A DNA stretch of 64,000 bases from Octopus sinensis (Eukaryota), in contig NC_043014.1 in assembly GCF_006345805.1 (NCBI RefSeq), positions 12,648,001 through 12,712,000 of the forward strand, read 5' to 3'. The notes under the pieces were generated by a model. The model had not been told where the DNA came from. It ran no database searches and saw only the letters and a program-made list of their open reading frames with translations. The position numbers and the translations under genes were made by a program. Positions 50,281 through 61,014 of the stretch are shown here, piece by piece; the stretch's first letter is position 1; every line of letters starts with the position of its first letter.

Positions 50281-50567
50281 TGTGTGTATGTGTGTGTCTA
50301 TGTATATATATGTATGTATGTGTGTGTATATATGTATGTATGCATGTGTGTGTGTGTATATATATATATATTGATAAAAATAGTAAGACAACAAAAGAAA
50401 GAGATCTCGATATTATGTAAATAGGTGCAGGAGTGGCTATGTGGTAAGTAGCTTGCTAACCAACCACATGGTTGCGAGTTCAGTCCCACTGCGTGGCATC
50501 TTGGGCAAGTGTCTTCTGTAAAGTCAAAGAGTAAAAGAGAGTAAAGAGTAAAGAGAGGAAATTTATC

Positions 50568-51008
50568 TGTAAATGTAATATGTGATAATTATTCGGTAGC
50601 CATGATAAAACTCCGAGTTTTGGATGTCGGGGTGGAAATCCACACCACCATCTCTTCAGTTATCTGGCCATCGGAAAAATGCTATTAAAAATGACCATTA
50701 TACAAAGGGAAATTACTGTGTGATTGACTGTTATTAAGACAAAAGAGCTATCAGAATGACTGCTAAGTAAGGGGGATATTTCATACTATGAATGTTTTTA
50801 CCCCCTTACTTAGTGGTCATTCTGATAGCTCTTTTGTCTTAATAACAGTCAATCACACAGTAATTTCTCTTTGTATAACGGTCACTTTTTGTAGCATTTT
50901 TCCGATGGCCGGATAACTGAAGAGATGGTGGTGTGGATTTCCACATTGGCATCCGAAACTCGGAGTTTTATCATGGCTACCGAATAATTGTCACATATTA
51001 CAGTTACA
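50568..51008. mobile_element. ~440-bp palindromic fold-back element, probably an inverted Penelope-like pLTR pair
   Basis: Arms of ~215 bp (tgtaa...tcata / tatga...ttaca) with almost no spacer. Each arm carries a hammerhead motif. Confidence 0.8.
50907..50977 (+). ncRNA. Type I hammerhead ribozyme (core motifs intact)
   Basis: gataa CTGAAGA gatggtggtgtgga-tt-tccacattggcatcc GAAA ctc-g-gag U U ttatc. Stem I gataa/ttatc, minimal stem III, GUU cleavage triplet at 50965-50967. Confidence 0.75.
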
Positions 51009-51633
51009 TATATATATATATATATATATACATATACACACACATACATACATACATATATACATATATATGACGGGCTTCTTTCAGTTTCCATCTACCA
51101 AATCCACTCACAAGGCTTTAGTTAGTCTGAGGCTAAAGTGGAAGACACTTGCCCAAGGTGCCATGCAGTGGGACTGAACCATGGAACCACGTGGCTGGTA
51201 CGCAAGCTACTTACAACACAGCCACTTCTGTATATGTAATAAATGAAAAAATGTATTAGAAATACAAAACAAACGCATTATGCACAAACTGATAAAGACA
51301 AACATAGGTCCCTAATTCTTCATCCCTTATCAACCAGATGGTATTACTCAGTTTTGCACCATATTTATGTATCTACATGTGTCTGTGTTTGTACCCTTAT
51401 CATCACTTGACAACCAGTTTTGTTTTGTTTATGTCCCTGTAACTTAAGGTTTCAGCAAAAGAGACTGATAGAATTAGTACTAGGCTTACAAAGAATAAGT
51501 CCTGGGGTCGATTTGTTTGGCTAAAATCCTCCAGCGTGGTGCTCCAGCATGGCTCCAGTCAAATGACTGAAACAAGTGAAAGAATAAAAGAATAGTTTGA
51601 ATTGTGGATTGGATACCTGAAGTACGTTTCTGT

Positions 51634-51827
51634 TTACTCTTTTACTCTTTTACTTGTTTCAGTCATTTGACTGTGGCCATGCTGGAGCACCACCTCTAAT
51701 TGAGCAAATTGACCCCCAGGACTTATTCTTTGTAAGCCTAGTACTTATTCTATCGGTCTCTTTTGCCGAACCGCTAAGTTACACACCAGCATCGGTTGTC
51801 AAGCAATGTTGGGGGGGACAAACACAG

Positions 51828-51858
<31 letters not shown>

Positions 51859-52016
51859 CATATATATGACGGGCTTCTTTCAGTTTCTGCCTACCAAATC
51901 CAATCACAAGACTTTGATCAGCCCGAGGCTATAGTAGAAGACACTTGTCCAAGGTGCCACACTGTAGGACTGAACCCGGAACCAAGCTACATGCCACACT
52001 GCCACTCCTACGCCTA
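51634..52016 (-). mobile_element. SINE family A
   Basis: Reverse-strand copy, tail to tail with a + strand family A tail at ~51380-51595. Confidence 0.82.
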
Positions 52017-52278
52017 TAGAAATAAAAACTTAGAAATAAAACCTAATGATAATGCTAAGGACACAGAGATGACAATGATGATGATAAGGTGGGAAAAGGG
52101 GTGGTTGGTGTTAGGAAGGGCATCCAGCCATAAAAACACTGCCAAGATACACACATAAGTCTAGTGCAGCCTTCTGCAGGCTGGCTCCTGTCAAACCATC
52201 CAACTTATGTCAGCATGGAAAGTGAATGTTAAACGATGATGATGATGATGATGATGATGATGTTGCTGCTGCTGCTGT

Positions 52279-52309
<31 letters not shown>

Positions 52310-52393
52310 AAGCAACAAGACTGGTAATGGTGATCAGGTGATGGTCTAGGGCTTAGGGGCAGGAGACCCCAGACCTTGGAAAAAAAACAAAAC

Positions 52394-52507
52394 TTTGGTC
52401 ATCTTGTTGTAGTCAAGGGCTCTTCGTTGATGCCCGACACCACTGGGAGGTGGCCCTCGAAGTCGCTGGAAATGGAAATCTCCAGGTCCAAATTCTTGAA
52501 CGGCTGC

Positions 52508-52554
<47 letters not shown>

Positions 52555-52606
52555 GTGATGGTGATGGTGGTGGTGATGGTGGTGTATAATTCCCCATGAC
52601 CTCCAT
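52394..52606 (-). CDS. Putative coding exon of a small spliced gene (MEVMGNYTPPSPPPSPSP-polyS-AAVQEFGPGDFHFQRLRGPPPSGVGHQRRALDYNKMTK)
   Basis: Strong minus-strand acceptor ttttttttcttttatctttttag at 52609, GC-rich unique sequence and an ATG 2 nt into the exon. The donor AAA|GTTTTG is weak. Confidence 0.45.
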
Positions 52607-53165
52607 CACTAAAAAGATAAAAGAAAAAAAATAATAAACTACAACCTCGTGGTTCAGCAAAAAGAGACTGATCAAATAAGTACCAAGCTTTAGAAAAATA
52701 AGTATTGGGATCAATACATTTGACCAAAAAAAACAACACTAAAACTTCTTCGAGGTGGTGCCCCAGCATGGCCACAGTCTAATGACTGAAACCAGTAAAA
52801 GATAAAAGATAGACCAACTTGCAGCCATAAAGCAACAACAACACTGAAAAAAGAAAAAGAATTATGATGGTGCTCTAGCATGGCCACAGTTGTATTGTTG
52901 AAAGCATTAAAAGAAAATCTTTAAAATAGCAGAGAAAAAGAAATAACTTGAGGATTTATTTCATATTCCTCAAAATCTAGGTGTGGCTGTGTGGTAAGAG
53001 GCTTGCTCTCTAACCACATGGTTCCAGGTTCAGTCCCACTGCGTGGCATATTGGGCAAGTGTCTTGTACTATAGCCTTGGGCTGACCAAAACCTTGTGAG
53101 TGGATTTGGTAGACGGAAACTGAAAGAAGCCTGTTGTATATATGTATATGTATATATATATATAT

Positions 53166-53480
53166 GTGGAGGCGCAATGGCCCAGTGGTTAGGGCAGTGG
53201 ACTCGCGGTCATAGGATCGCGAGTTTCGATTCCCAGACCGGGCCTTGTGAGTGTTTATTGAGTGAAAACACCTAAAAGCTCCATGAGGCTCCAGCAGGGT
53301 GTGGTGGCGATCCCTGCTGTACTCTTTCACCACAACTTTCTCTCACTCTTTCTTCTGTTGGCCTGTTTGCTTAGCCAGCGGGGTGGCGTCATTTGAAGGC
53401 TAAAACAATGCGAAGCGCATTGTGACCAGCCATGTGTAGCAACATCTGATGGTCTGGTCGGTCACGGTGATCACGGTGAT
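53166..53480 (+). mobile_element. SINE family C inserted in the (TA)n of a SINE A (head 52978-53135, tail 53720-53940)
   Basis: tRNA-like head ggaggcgcaatggcccagtggttagggcag...gtttcgattccc. Confidence 0.85.
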
Positions 53481-53561
53481 ATATATATATGTGACTGCGT
53501 GTGTACCGTTGGTGATTTTTTTTCCTCTGTCTTCCCTTCTCTGGATCTTTCCTTCTCCTAT

Positions 53562-53596
53562 GTTTCCGACAAAGAGCTCTGCTCGAAACGTTAAAC
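53562..53596 (+). ncRNA. Degenerate minimal hammerhead motif (Penelope-like fragment ~53490-53695)
   Basis: gttt CCGACAA agagc-tct-gctc GAAAC GUU aaac, with two core changes relative to CUGANGA. Confidence 0.45.
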
Positions 53597-53974
53597 CCTC
53601 CTTCTTTCCTGAGCGTCCAATAATACTATATTTGTTCCACGTCCTCGCGTTGTTGTTTTTTTGTGCTTTCTTGTTTGGATTAACTTTATATGTTAATATA
53701 TATATATCTATGTGTGTTTATGTCAGTGTTTGCCCCTCCCCCCCTCACTGCTTGACAACCGGTGTTGGTGTGTTTACGTCCCTGTAACTTAGCGGTTCAA
53801 CAAAAGTGGCTGATAGCATAAGTACTAGGCTTCAAAAAATAAGTCCTGGGGTTTGATATGTTGGATTAAAACCCCCTTGAGACAGTGCTCCAGCATGGCC
53901 ATGGTCAAATGACTGAAACAAGTAAAAGAATGAAAGTATAAAGAATATATTGTTGTTGCTGTTGTTGATGATGA

Positions 53975-54112
53975 TCTTCTTCTTCTTCTTCTTCTTCTTC
54001 TTCTTCTTTTCTTCTTCTTCTCCTTCTTCTTCTTCTTCTTCTTCTTCTTCTTCTTCTTCTTCTTCTTCTTCTTCTTCTTCTTCTTCTTCTTCTTCTTCTT
54101 CTTCTTCTTCTT
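53975..54112. repeat. (TTC)n microsatellite
   Basis: Direct reading. Confidence 0.97.
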
Positions 54113-54354
54113 GTTATGACTAAATGGACATTTATAAAACTTGACAATGGCCAAACATCAATATTTATTTCCTGTTGTTAATCACCTGCAGCATTTGTGA
54201 TTCAAAAGTTGATTCCCATCATCACAACAGTCATCTTGAATCTGTTGTCTATGCTATCTTCCCATTTTGAATTCAATACAAAGAAAAGAAAAGAAAAGAA
54301 AGAAAGCTTCAATCAAAGCTCAGCTCAGCACAGAAACACACAAAGTCATCCAGC

Positions 54355-55200
54355 TCTCTTTTCTCTTCATTAGACATCTTTCTTTCTTTCTTTCTTTCTT
54401 TTTTCTGGTTCCTCTATTTGTTTGTTTCTTTCTCTCTCTTACTCTTTCTTTTTTTTCTATCTCTCTCTTTCTTCCTTTCTCTCTTGCTCTTTCTTCCTCT
54501 CTCTCTTTCTTTCTCTCTCTCTTTCTTCCTTTCTCTCTCACTCTTTCTGTCTCTCACACTTTCTTACTGTCCTTTCTTTTTTCTTTCTATTGTTCTTTCT
54601 CCCTCAGTCTCTCTCTTTTTTCCATCTTCCTCTCTCTCGCTCTTTCTTTCTTTCTCTCTCTCTCTCTCTCACTTTCCAACTATCTCCATTTTCTCTTCTT
54701 TTTTTTCTCTTTCTCTCTCACTCTTTCTTACTGTCCTTTTTTCTTTCTATTTTTCTTTCTCCTCCAGTCTTTCTCTCTCTCTCTCTTTCTTCCTTTCTCT
54801 CTCACTCTTTCTCCCACTTTCTAACTATCCTCTTTTTCTTATTTTCTTTCTTTCTCTCTCTCTTTCTTACTGTCCTTTCTTTTTTCTTTCTCCCCCTGTC
54901 TTTCTCTTTTTTCTTTCTTCCTCTCTCCCTCTCTCTCTCTCTTTCTTCCTTTCTCTCTCTCTCACTCTTTTTTACTGACTGCTCTTTTTTCTTTCTCTCT
55001 CTCTCTCACACTTTCTATCTCCTTTTTCTTCTTTTCTTTCTCTCTCCTTCTCTCTCACTCTTTCTTACTGTCCTTTCTTTTTTCTTTCTCCCTCAGTCTT
55101 TCTCCTTTTTCTTTCTTCCTCTTTCTCTCTCACTTTCTTTCTATCTTTCTCTTTCTTTTTTTGTTCCTTTGTTTCTTTCTGTCTTTCTCTCTTTCTTCCA
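54355..55200. repeat. ~850-bp polypyrimidine tract with the recurring unit ctttcttactgtcc
   Basis: Almost entirely C/T on +. The unit recurs at ~54558, 54723, 54862 and 55059. Confidence 0.9.
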
Positions 55201-55254
55201 GCCTCCCATAAACAACCAAACCACTCTTTTAAAAGACTCCTCTCCATCACTGGT

Positions 55255-55375
55255 CACTATGATTGGTCACTTATCATTGGACCCAAGTGGTTTACCTTTT
55301 TGTTTTGATTGGTCAGTCAATTGTTCCATGTTTTGGAGGTTGGGCAGTGGAAGCTGTTTCATTGGTTCTAAATAC
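55255..55375. promoter_or_regulatory. CCAAT-box (NF-Y type) cluster, candidate promoter
   Basis: ATTGG at 55262, 55276, 55308 and 55361, two of them in the GATTGGTCA context, within non-repetitive DNA. Confidence 0.5.
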
Positions 55376-55695
55376 CCCAACATCTGCATCAAAACCAAAT
55401 TTTTATATCAAATTGTTTACACTTATTTAAAACAAACAACACATACCACACACACATACACAAATACAAACATAAACACAAACACACACACATGTGACAT
55501 ACTGTGCTGGCAGAGGACAAGACAGTTTATTTGGAGGGCTTTCTGTAGCAAACATCTATAAAAAATAAGTGTGGACAATTTTGAGAAAAAATAATTAATA
55601 ATAATAATAATAATAGTAATTGACAACTTCAACGTCACAAACAACAACAGCAACAGAAATAAATAAGAAATTATTTTATTTCTCTTAAAAACAAC

Positions 55696-55728
<33 letters not shown>

Positions 55729-55735
55729 CAACATC

Positions 55736-55769
<34 letters not shown>

Positions 55770-56480
55770 CTATTGAGTGAGAGAGCAACTCATGCCATCA
55801 AAGAGACACTAGGGTATAAATATTGTTATCATCATCATCATCATCATCATTTGCTACAACACAGAACCTGACCATAAATATTTGTTTTATTACTGCTACC
55901 ACTGAAATAAGAATTTCATCACTCAAGTTGAGAAGAAAACTATTTTTTACAGAAAGCAGATAACAGGCATTTACAGAAATTTGTAAGTATAAAAATAATG
56001 CTTTTTGATGTCTAAATTATCCTATTCATTATTTTGTTATTGTTGTTGTTTTTATTACCTATGCTAATGACTTGCAGCATTTAGTTATATGTTTTTATAT
56101 GTGTGTTCAAATCTCGCTGAGGTTCATTTTTACCTTTCATTCTTTAAGGGTTGATAAAATGAAGTGCTAGTTTCTATAGGATGTCTTAGCAGTGTTATAA
56201 GCCCCCAAGAAAATCAATATACAGAGCCCTAAAGTATTTATTTATTAACAGCATTCTGCGACATACATAGATCATAATTCAGCCCCATAGATCTGTGAAG
56301 TCTTTAAACCAAGAAGGGCCCAGTTCAGCTAGGTGTGCTTGCACCTTTTTGTTTACCCTAAGAAATTTTCTCCATGACAAAATACAGAAAATGGCCTTCT
56401 TAAGGGTTTGAAGCATATTTGAACTAGTAACAAGTTTATATTTATGCATAACTGTTCAATGCTTCAGTTTCATATTTTAA

Positions 56481-56699
56481 CCCTTTCGTTACTGTATTTA
56501 TTTTGAGATGTTCTGTGTTTCTTTCAATTATTTTAAATATAACAAAGAATTTAGTAAAATAACTTAGTTATTATTAAGCTAGTGCTAGGAATGTAAATTG
56601 TGACTAAAGCTTGGTGGAATATTTAATTCAAAATTTATGAAAACAAGACATTTTACCACATAGCCAGAGCCGGTTTTGGCCGGGTTAGTAACAAAAGGG
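56481..56699. mobile_element. piggyBac-type MITE, family 3
   Basis: TTAA|ccctttcgttact ... agtaacaaaaggg|TTAA. It shares its right TTAA with a family 2 fragment. Confidence 0.85.
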
Positions 56700-57311
56700 T
56701 TAACCCTTTAGTATGCAGATTATTCTGTCGAATGTATTGCTTATTTATTCACATTCTTTTGAATTTGTCATCGGCATTCCTTTGTTTTAACTCAACAAAA
56801 CCATAACAAGAACTCGGTTGTTTTCGTGACCTCCGAAAATTTGCGGATTTTACATACACACATGAAGCGGGTAAGAACAAATATGCAATAGAAAAAAGGG
56901 GGCGTTGGGAGGAAGGCAGTGAATTGGGGGAAGCTATGAATTTATTATAATATTACTATAGTATTGTATACAAATTATATAATATTATATTAAATATGAA
57001 ATGATTCATAGTATATATAAATTAGTAAAATATAAAATATTTATTTACACATGAATATAGGGGTGGGTGGTGCTGAGGGTATTATGTGGCCATGAGGTGG
57101 GTGGAGGCCCAAAAAGTTTGAGAACCTCTGCTCTAGAGACAGAGATAATTTTTATAAACTGAGGAATTATATTGTGTGGTATTTGATATACCAGTAATTA
57201 TCTATGGGCGAAACCTAGCTGTCCAAACTTTTCTGTCAATAAATGCATAAATAAATAAGTAATTTTGAAAAGTTAAATTTAATTGATCTGCTTATATAAA
57301 TAATTGAAATC

Positions 57312-57417
57312 AGGGTGGCTGTGTAGTTAAGAAGTTTGCTTCCCGACCACATGCTTTTGGGTTCATCCCACTGCATAGCAACTTGAGTGGTTTGCTTGAT
57401 GAAAACTGAAAATAACC

Positions 57418-57452
<35 letters not shown>

Positions 57453-57672
57453 ACCTACATGTGCATGCATGTGTGTGTATGTTTGTGTTTGTCCCCCCCA
57501 CCACCATTTGACAACCAGTGTTGGTGTGTTGGTGTGTTTACATCCCCATAATCTAGCAGTTCAGCAAAAGGGATCAATAGAATAAGAAAAGTACTGGGGT
57601 CAATTCAATTGGCTAAAAATTCTCCAAGGTGGTGCCACAGCATGGCTGCAGTATAATGACTAAAACAAGAGG
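57312..57672 (+). mobile_element. Diverged SINE family A
   Basis: gtggctgtgtagttaagaagtttgc...ggtgccacagcatggctgcagt. Confidence 0.65.
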
Positions 57673-58317
57673 GAAAGGAGTAGTTGCTGTTTAGCCTTGG
57701 CTCCTGGAAATCTATAATTAAAGCTGTTTTAAATGTGATCATTCCATCTTTTGCAGGGATCTTGTTAAAGTTTTTCCATTCATTTCAAGTATTTCAAATT
57801 TTCACCAGATTTTTCCAAAAAATTTTCAGCTCTATTGTAACTTCTTAATTTCTAGAAAAAAAGTGATTACAGTTTTTATCAGCATAGAAAGCTACATTTT
57901 AAAGAAAAAATAATCTGGAAAAAGTCTGACATTCTTCAAGTGGTTAGAACGAATTTAACATGATCCTTTTTCAGACATAATGTATTGTAAGACCTCATTA
58001 TTCCATGCATCCTTTAGATATAGTGTATTTCAGGCTATATTATCCAATGTGTCCTTTCATTTTGTTTTGAGGAATTTGTTTACACAACTCTCCCAAATTC
58101 TAAAATTTTCACTCTTCAATGATTTTAAAAAATTATATTGTGTGATGGTCCAAATTTTTGGTTAAATCTCAGCAATGGGTCCATCAGCATTCCATTAAAT
58201 GTGTTTATCAGGAGAAAAATATTGAAAAATATCCATACATATCAGAATGACAAGGAAACAAGAAAGATATCAGACAGTTGCGAGATGTGCTAAAAACAAC
58301 AGCTAAATCACCTTTAA

Positions 58318-59076
58318 CCCTTTGGTATTTAAACCAGCTGTTTCTGGCCCAAATATTCTGCTTGTTTTATGTTCAAACTGACCATATTAAGCCTCTCACA
58401 CCTACTCTACAATGTCATTCTAAAAATAAGCAACCACATCATCAAAATCTTAAAGTTACAAGATAATAAATAAATAATAAATGCGCCCTTTTTAAAGCCT
58501 AGCCAGGCTCATGGGCCCAGTCTCTCGGTTTCAATGGCGTATGTGTTCCCCAGCTGGATGGGACGCCAGTCCATTGCAGCATTACTCATTTTTGCCAGCT
58601 GAGTGAACTGGAGCAACGTGAATGAAGTGTTTTGCTCAAGAACGCAATGCATTGCCCGGTCCAGGAATCGAAACCACAATCTTACAATCATGATGCTGAT
58701 ACCCTAACCACTAAGCCACGTGCCTCTACTAAAAAAATAAATGCACCCTTTTTAAAGCCTAGCCAGGCTTATGGGCCTGGTTTCCTAGTTTCTATGGAGT
58801 ATGTGTTCTCCAGCTGGACGAGACGCCAGTCCATTGCAGTGTTACTCAATTTTGCCAGCTGAGTGAACTGGAACAATGTGAAATGAAGTGTTTTGCTCAA
58901 GAACACAACGCATTGCCTGGTCCAGGAATCGAAACCACAATCTTACGATCGTGATGCTGACACCCTAACCACTAAGCCACGCACCTCCACAAAGCTACAA
59001 GATAATGCATGATTACTTCAAAACAGTGTGAATTAAAAAGCATTAAATTTGATGGAGTATTCTGAATATTAAAGGG
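58318..59076. mobile_element. piggyBac-type MITE (family 2) carrying two tandem SINE D1 copies (58478-58728 and 58740-58990, on -)
   Basis: TTAA|ccctttggtatt ... aatattaaaggg|TTAA. The duplication aaag(t/c)tacaagataat flanks the SINE pair. Confidence 0.85.
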
Positions 59077-59860
59077 TTAAATCACATAATGAATTTTTTT
59101 TCTTTACATAATCATATGAATTTCCTTGTGTAGAACACAAATTCCCAAATATTTTCTGAAAATTCCAAAAAGCAAAATAATTATGAGGGGTTATATGATT
59201 TTTAGATACCTGTATGATGATGGTAGCTTCTTGTAATTAAACCAGAATTCTGCCTATTTGATCACTAAAAACAAATCATTTATGCACATTGTTCAGCAAA
59301 AAATTGCAGAAGCATCTTTATTGAACTACAAGAGGCTACCATCATCACACAGGTACCTAAATTCAACAGGGTGGGCATGGCTGGACTATACAGGTGTATG
59401 TTTCTGCATCTTATTTTTGTTATTTGTACGATTTAGCCTGTATGTGTAGTTGTTCATCCTCAGCTAACCTTCATTTAGCAGATCCTATGATCAAAGTTGC
59501 CAAGCTTATGGAAGTCATTTGCCACTTTAGAGGTCCAGTAAACTGCCTCATACCTGATTCTACAGTGACCAGAAGGTTGCCCAATAACAGAATTTTTCGA
59601 ATGTCTGACCATCACTATTTAAATTAACATAGCACCTTACAAATCTCATTAATGTTCACTTACAACTCCCAAGACAAGAAGACAGTTACACATACATACA
59701 CACACACACACACACAACATTAGGTGTATGGAGTGGAGTAGGTAAATAAACTTCTGATTGTGTATTATCTGCATTGTGTTATCTATACAAGCTGTATGCA
59801 TACCCGAGGCTAACAAACTGCCTGTACCAAGATCGTTTGGATTTGCACCAGTCTTAATGT

Positions 59861-59891
<31 letters not shown>

Positions 59892-60039
59892 CTGCACATA
59901 TGTGCCATTTTTCATGCAAATCCACCTAGCCATTTGGCTGTGAACCTCAAGGCAAGAAAGAATACAATGATCGCCCATGTCCAATTTATATTCTAGATTA
60001 TGTATATATTATTTGGCCCCCAAAAAATGAACATCCCAA

Positions 60040-60078
<39 letters not shown>

Positions 60079-60089
60079 CTCAGGAATGA

Positions 60090-60422
60090 GAGACCCCCTT
60101 CAGTCATGAATGACCATGGGATTGCACCTAGAAAGTGACCCTCCCAGGTACAAGTTCAGGCAAGGTTGTTTATGGAAGACCAGCAATCGCCCATGCATAC
60201 CAGCTTCCCCTCTCCACGCCACCAATGTTATCCAAGGGAAAGGCAAAGACTGATACAGGTTGGCACCTGTGATGTCACAACTCATTTCTACAGCTGAGTG
60301 AACTGGAGCAATGTGAAATAAATTATCTTGCTGAAGAACACAATACACAGCCTGGTCCAAGAATCGAACTCACTGTCTCATGATTGTGAGCGTGACACTC
60401 TAACCATTGAGCCTAGCACCTT
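60090..60422 (-). mobile_element. SINE family D2
   Basis: Matches 19308-19635. Confidence 0.78.
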
Positions 60423-60547
60423 AAAAACACACACACACACATATATATAGGAGGTGGTGTGGCTGTGTGGTAAGAAGTTTGCTTCCCAGCTACATGGTCT
60501 CAGGTTCAGTCTGAACCCAGAACCATATGTTTGTAAAGCAAACCTCT

Positions 60548-60770
60548 TATTTCTTTATTGCCCACAAGGGGCTAAATATAGAGGGGACAAACAAGGACAG
60601 ACAAAGGGATTAAGTCGATTACATCAACCTCAGTGTGTAACTGGTACTTATTTAATCGACCCCGAAAGGATGAAAGGCTAAGTCGACCTCAGTGGAATTT
60701 GATCTCAGAACAGATGAAATACCACTAAGCATTTTGCCTGGCATGCTAACGTTTCTGCCAGCTTGCCACC
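60548..60770 (-). mobile_element. SINE family B monomer (tail-2) inside a SINE A head fragment
   Basis: Reverse-strand B sequence with tctta on both sides. Confidence 0.82.
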
Positions 60771-61014
60771 TCTTACCTCACAACCATACCTTCACCTAAA
60801 TTAATGTTACAAAATATTTATAAAATACAAGTTATTATAACAGAATGTATGTTTTGAATTAGCCCCAATGACATTCTCATGTTGCAATTGTTAATTCTTT
60901 ATCAAATTTACTTTATATTTTTCTAATTCAAAATTTTTAAAATTTATACTTTATTAATTTTTGTTTTTATTTTTATTTTTTATTTTTTGAAACCAATTAC
61001 AACACCAAATGTAG

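Noticed and set aside
54267-55561. F/L/S-rich 'membrane protein' ORFs
   Set aside because: Translation of a CT-rich low-complexity tract.
59258-59627. Possible upstream exons of the 61-kb gene
   Set aside because: Splice sites are weak and no frame or homology support is visible.
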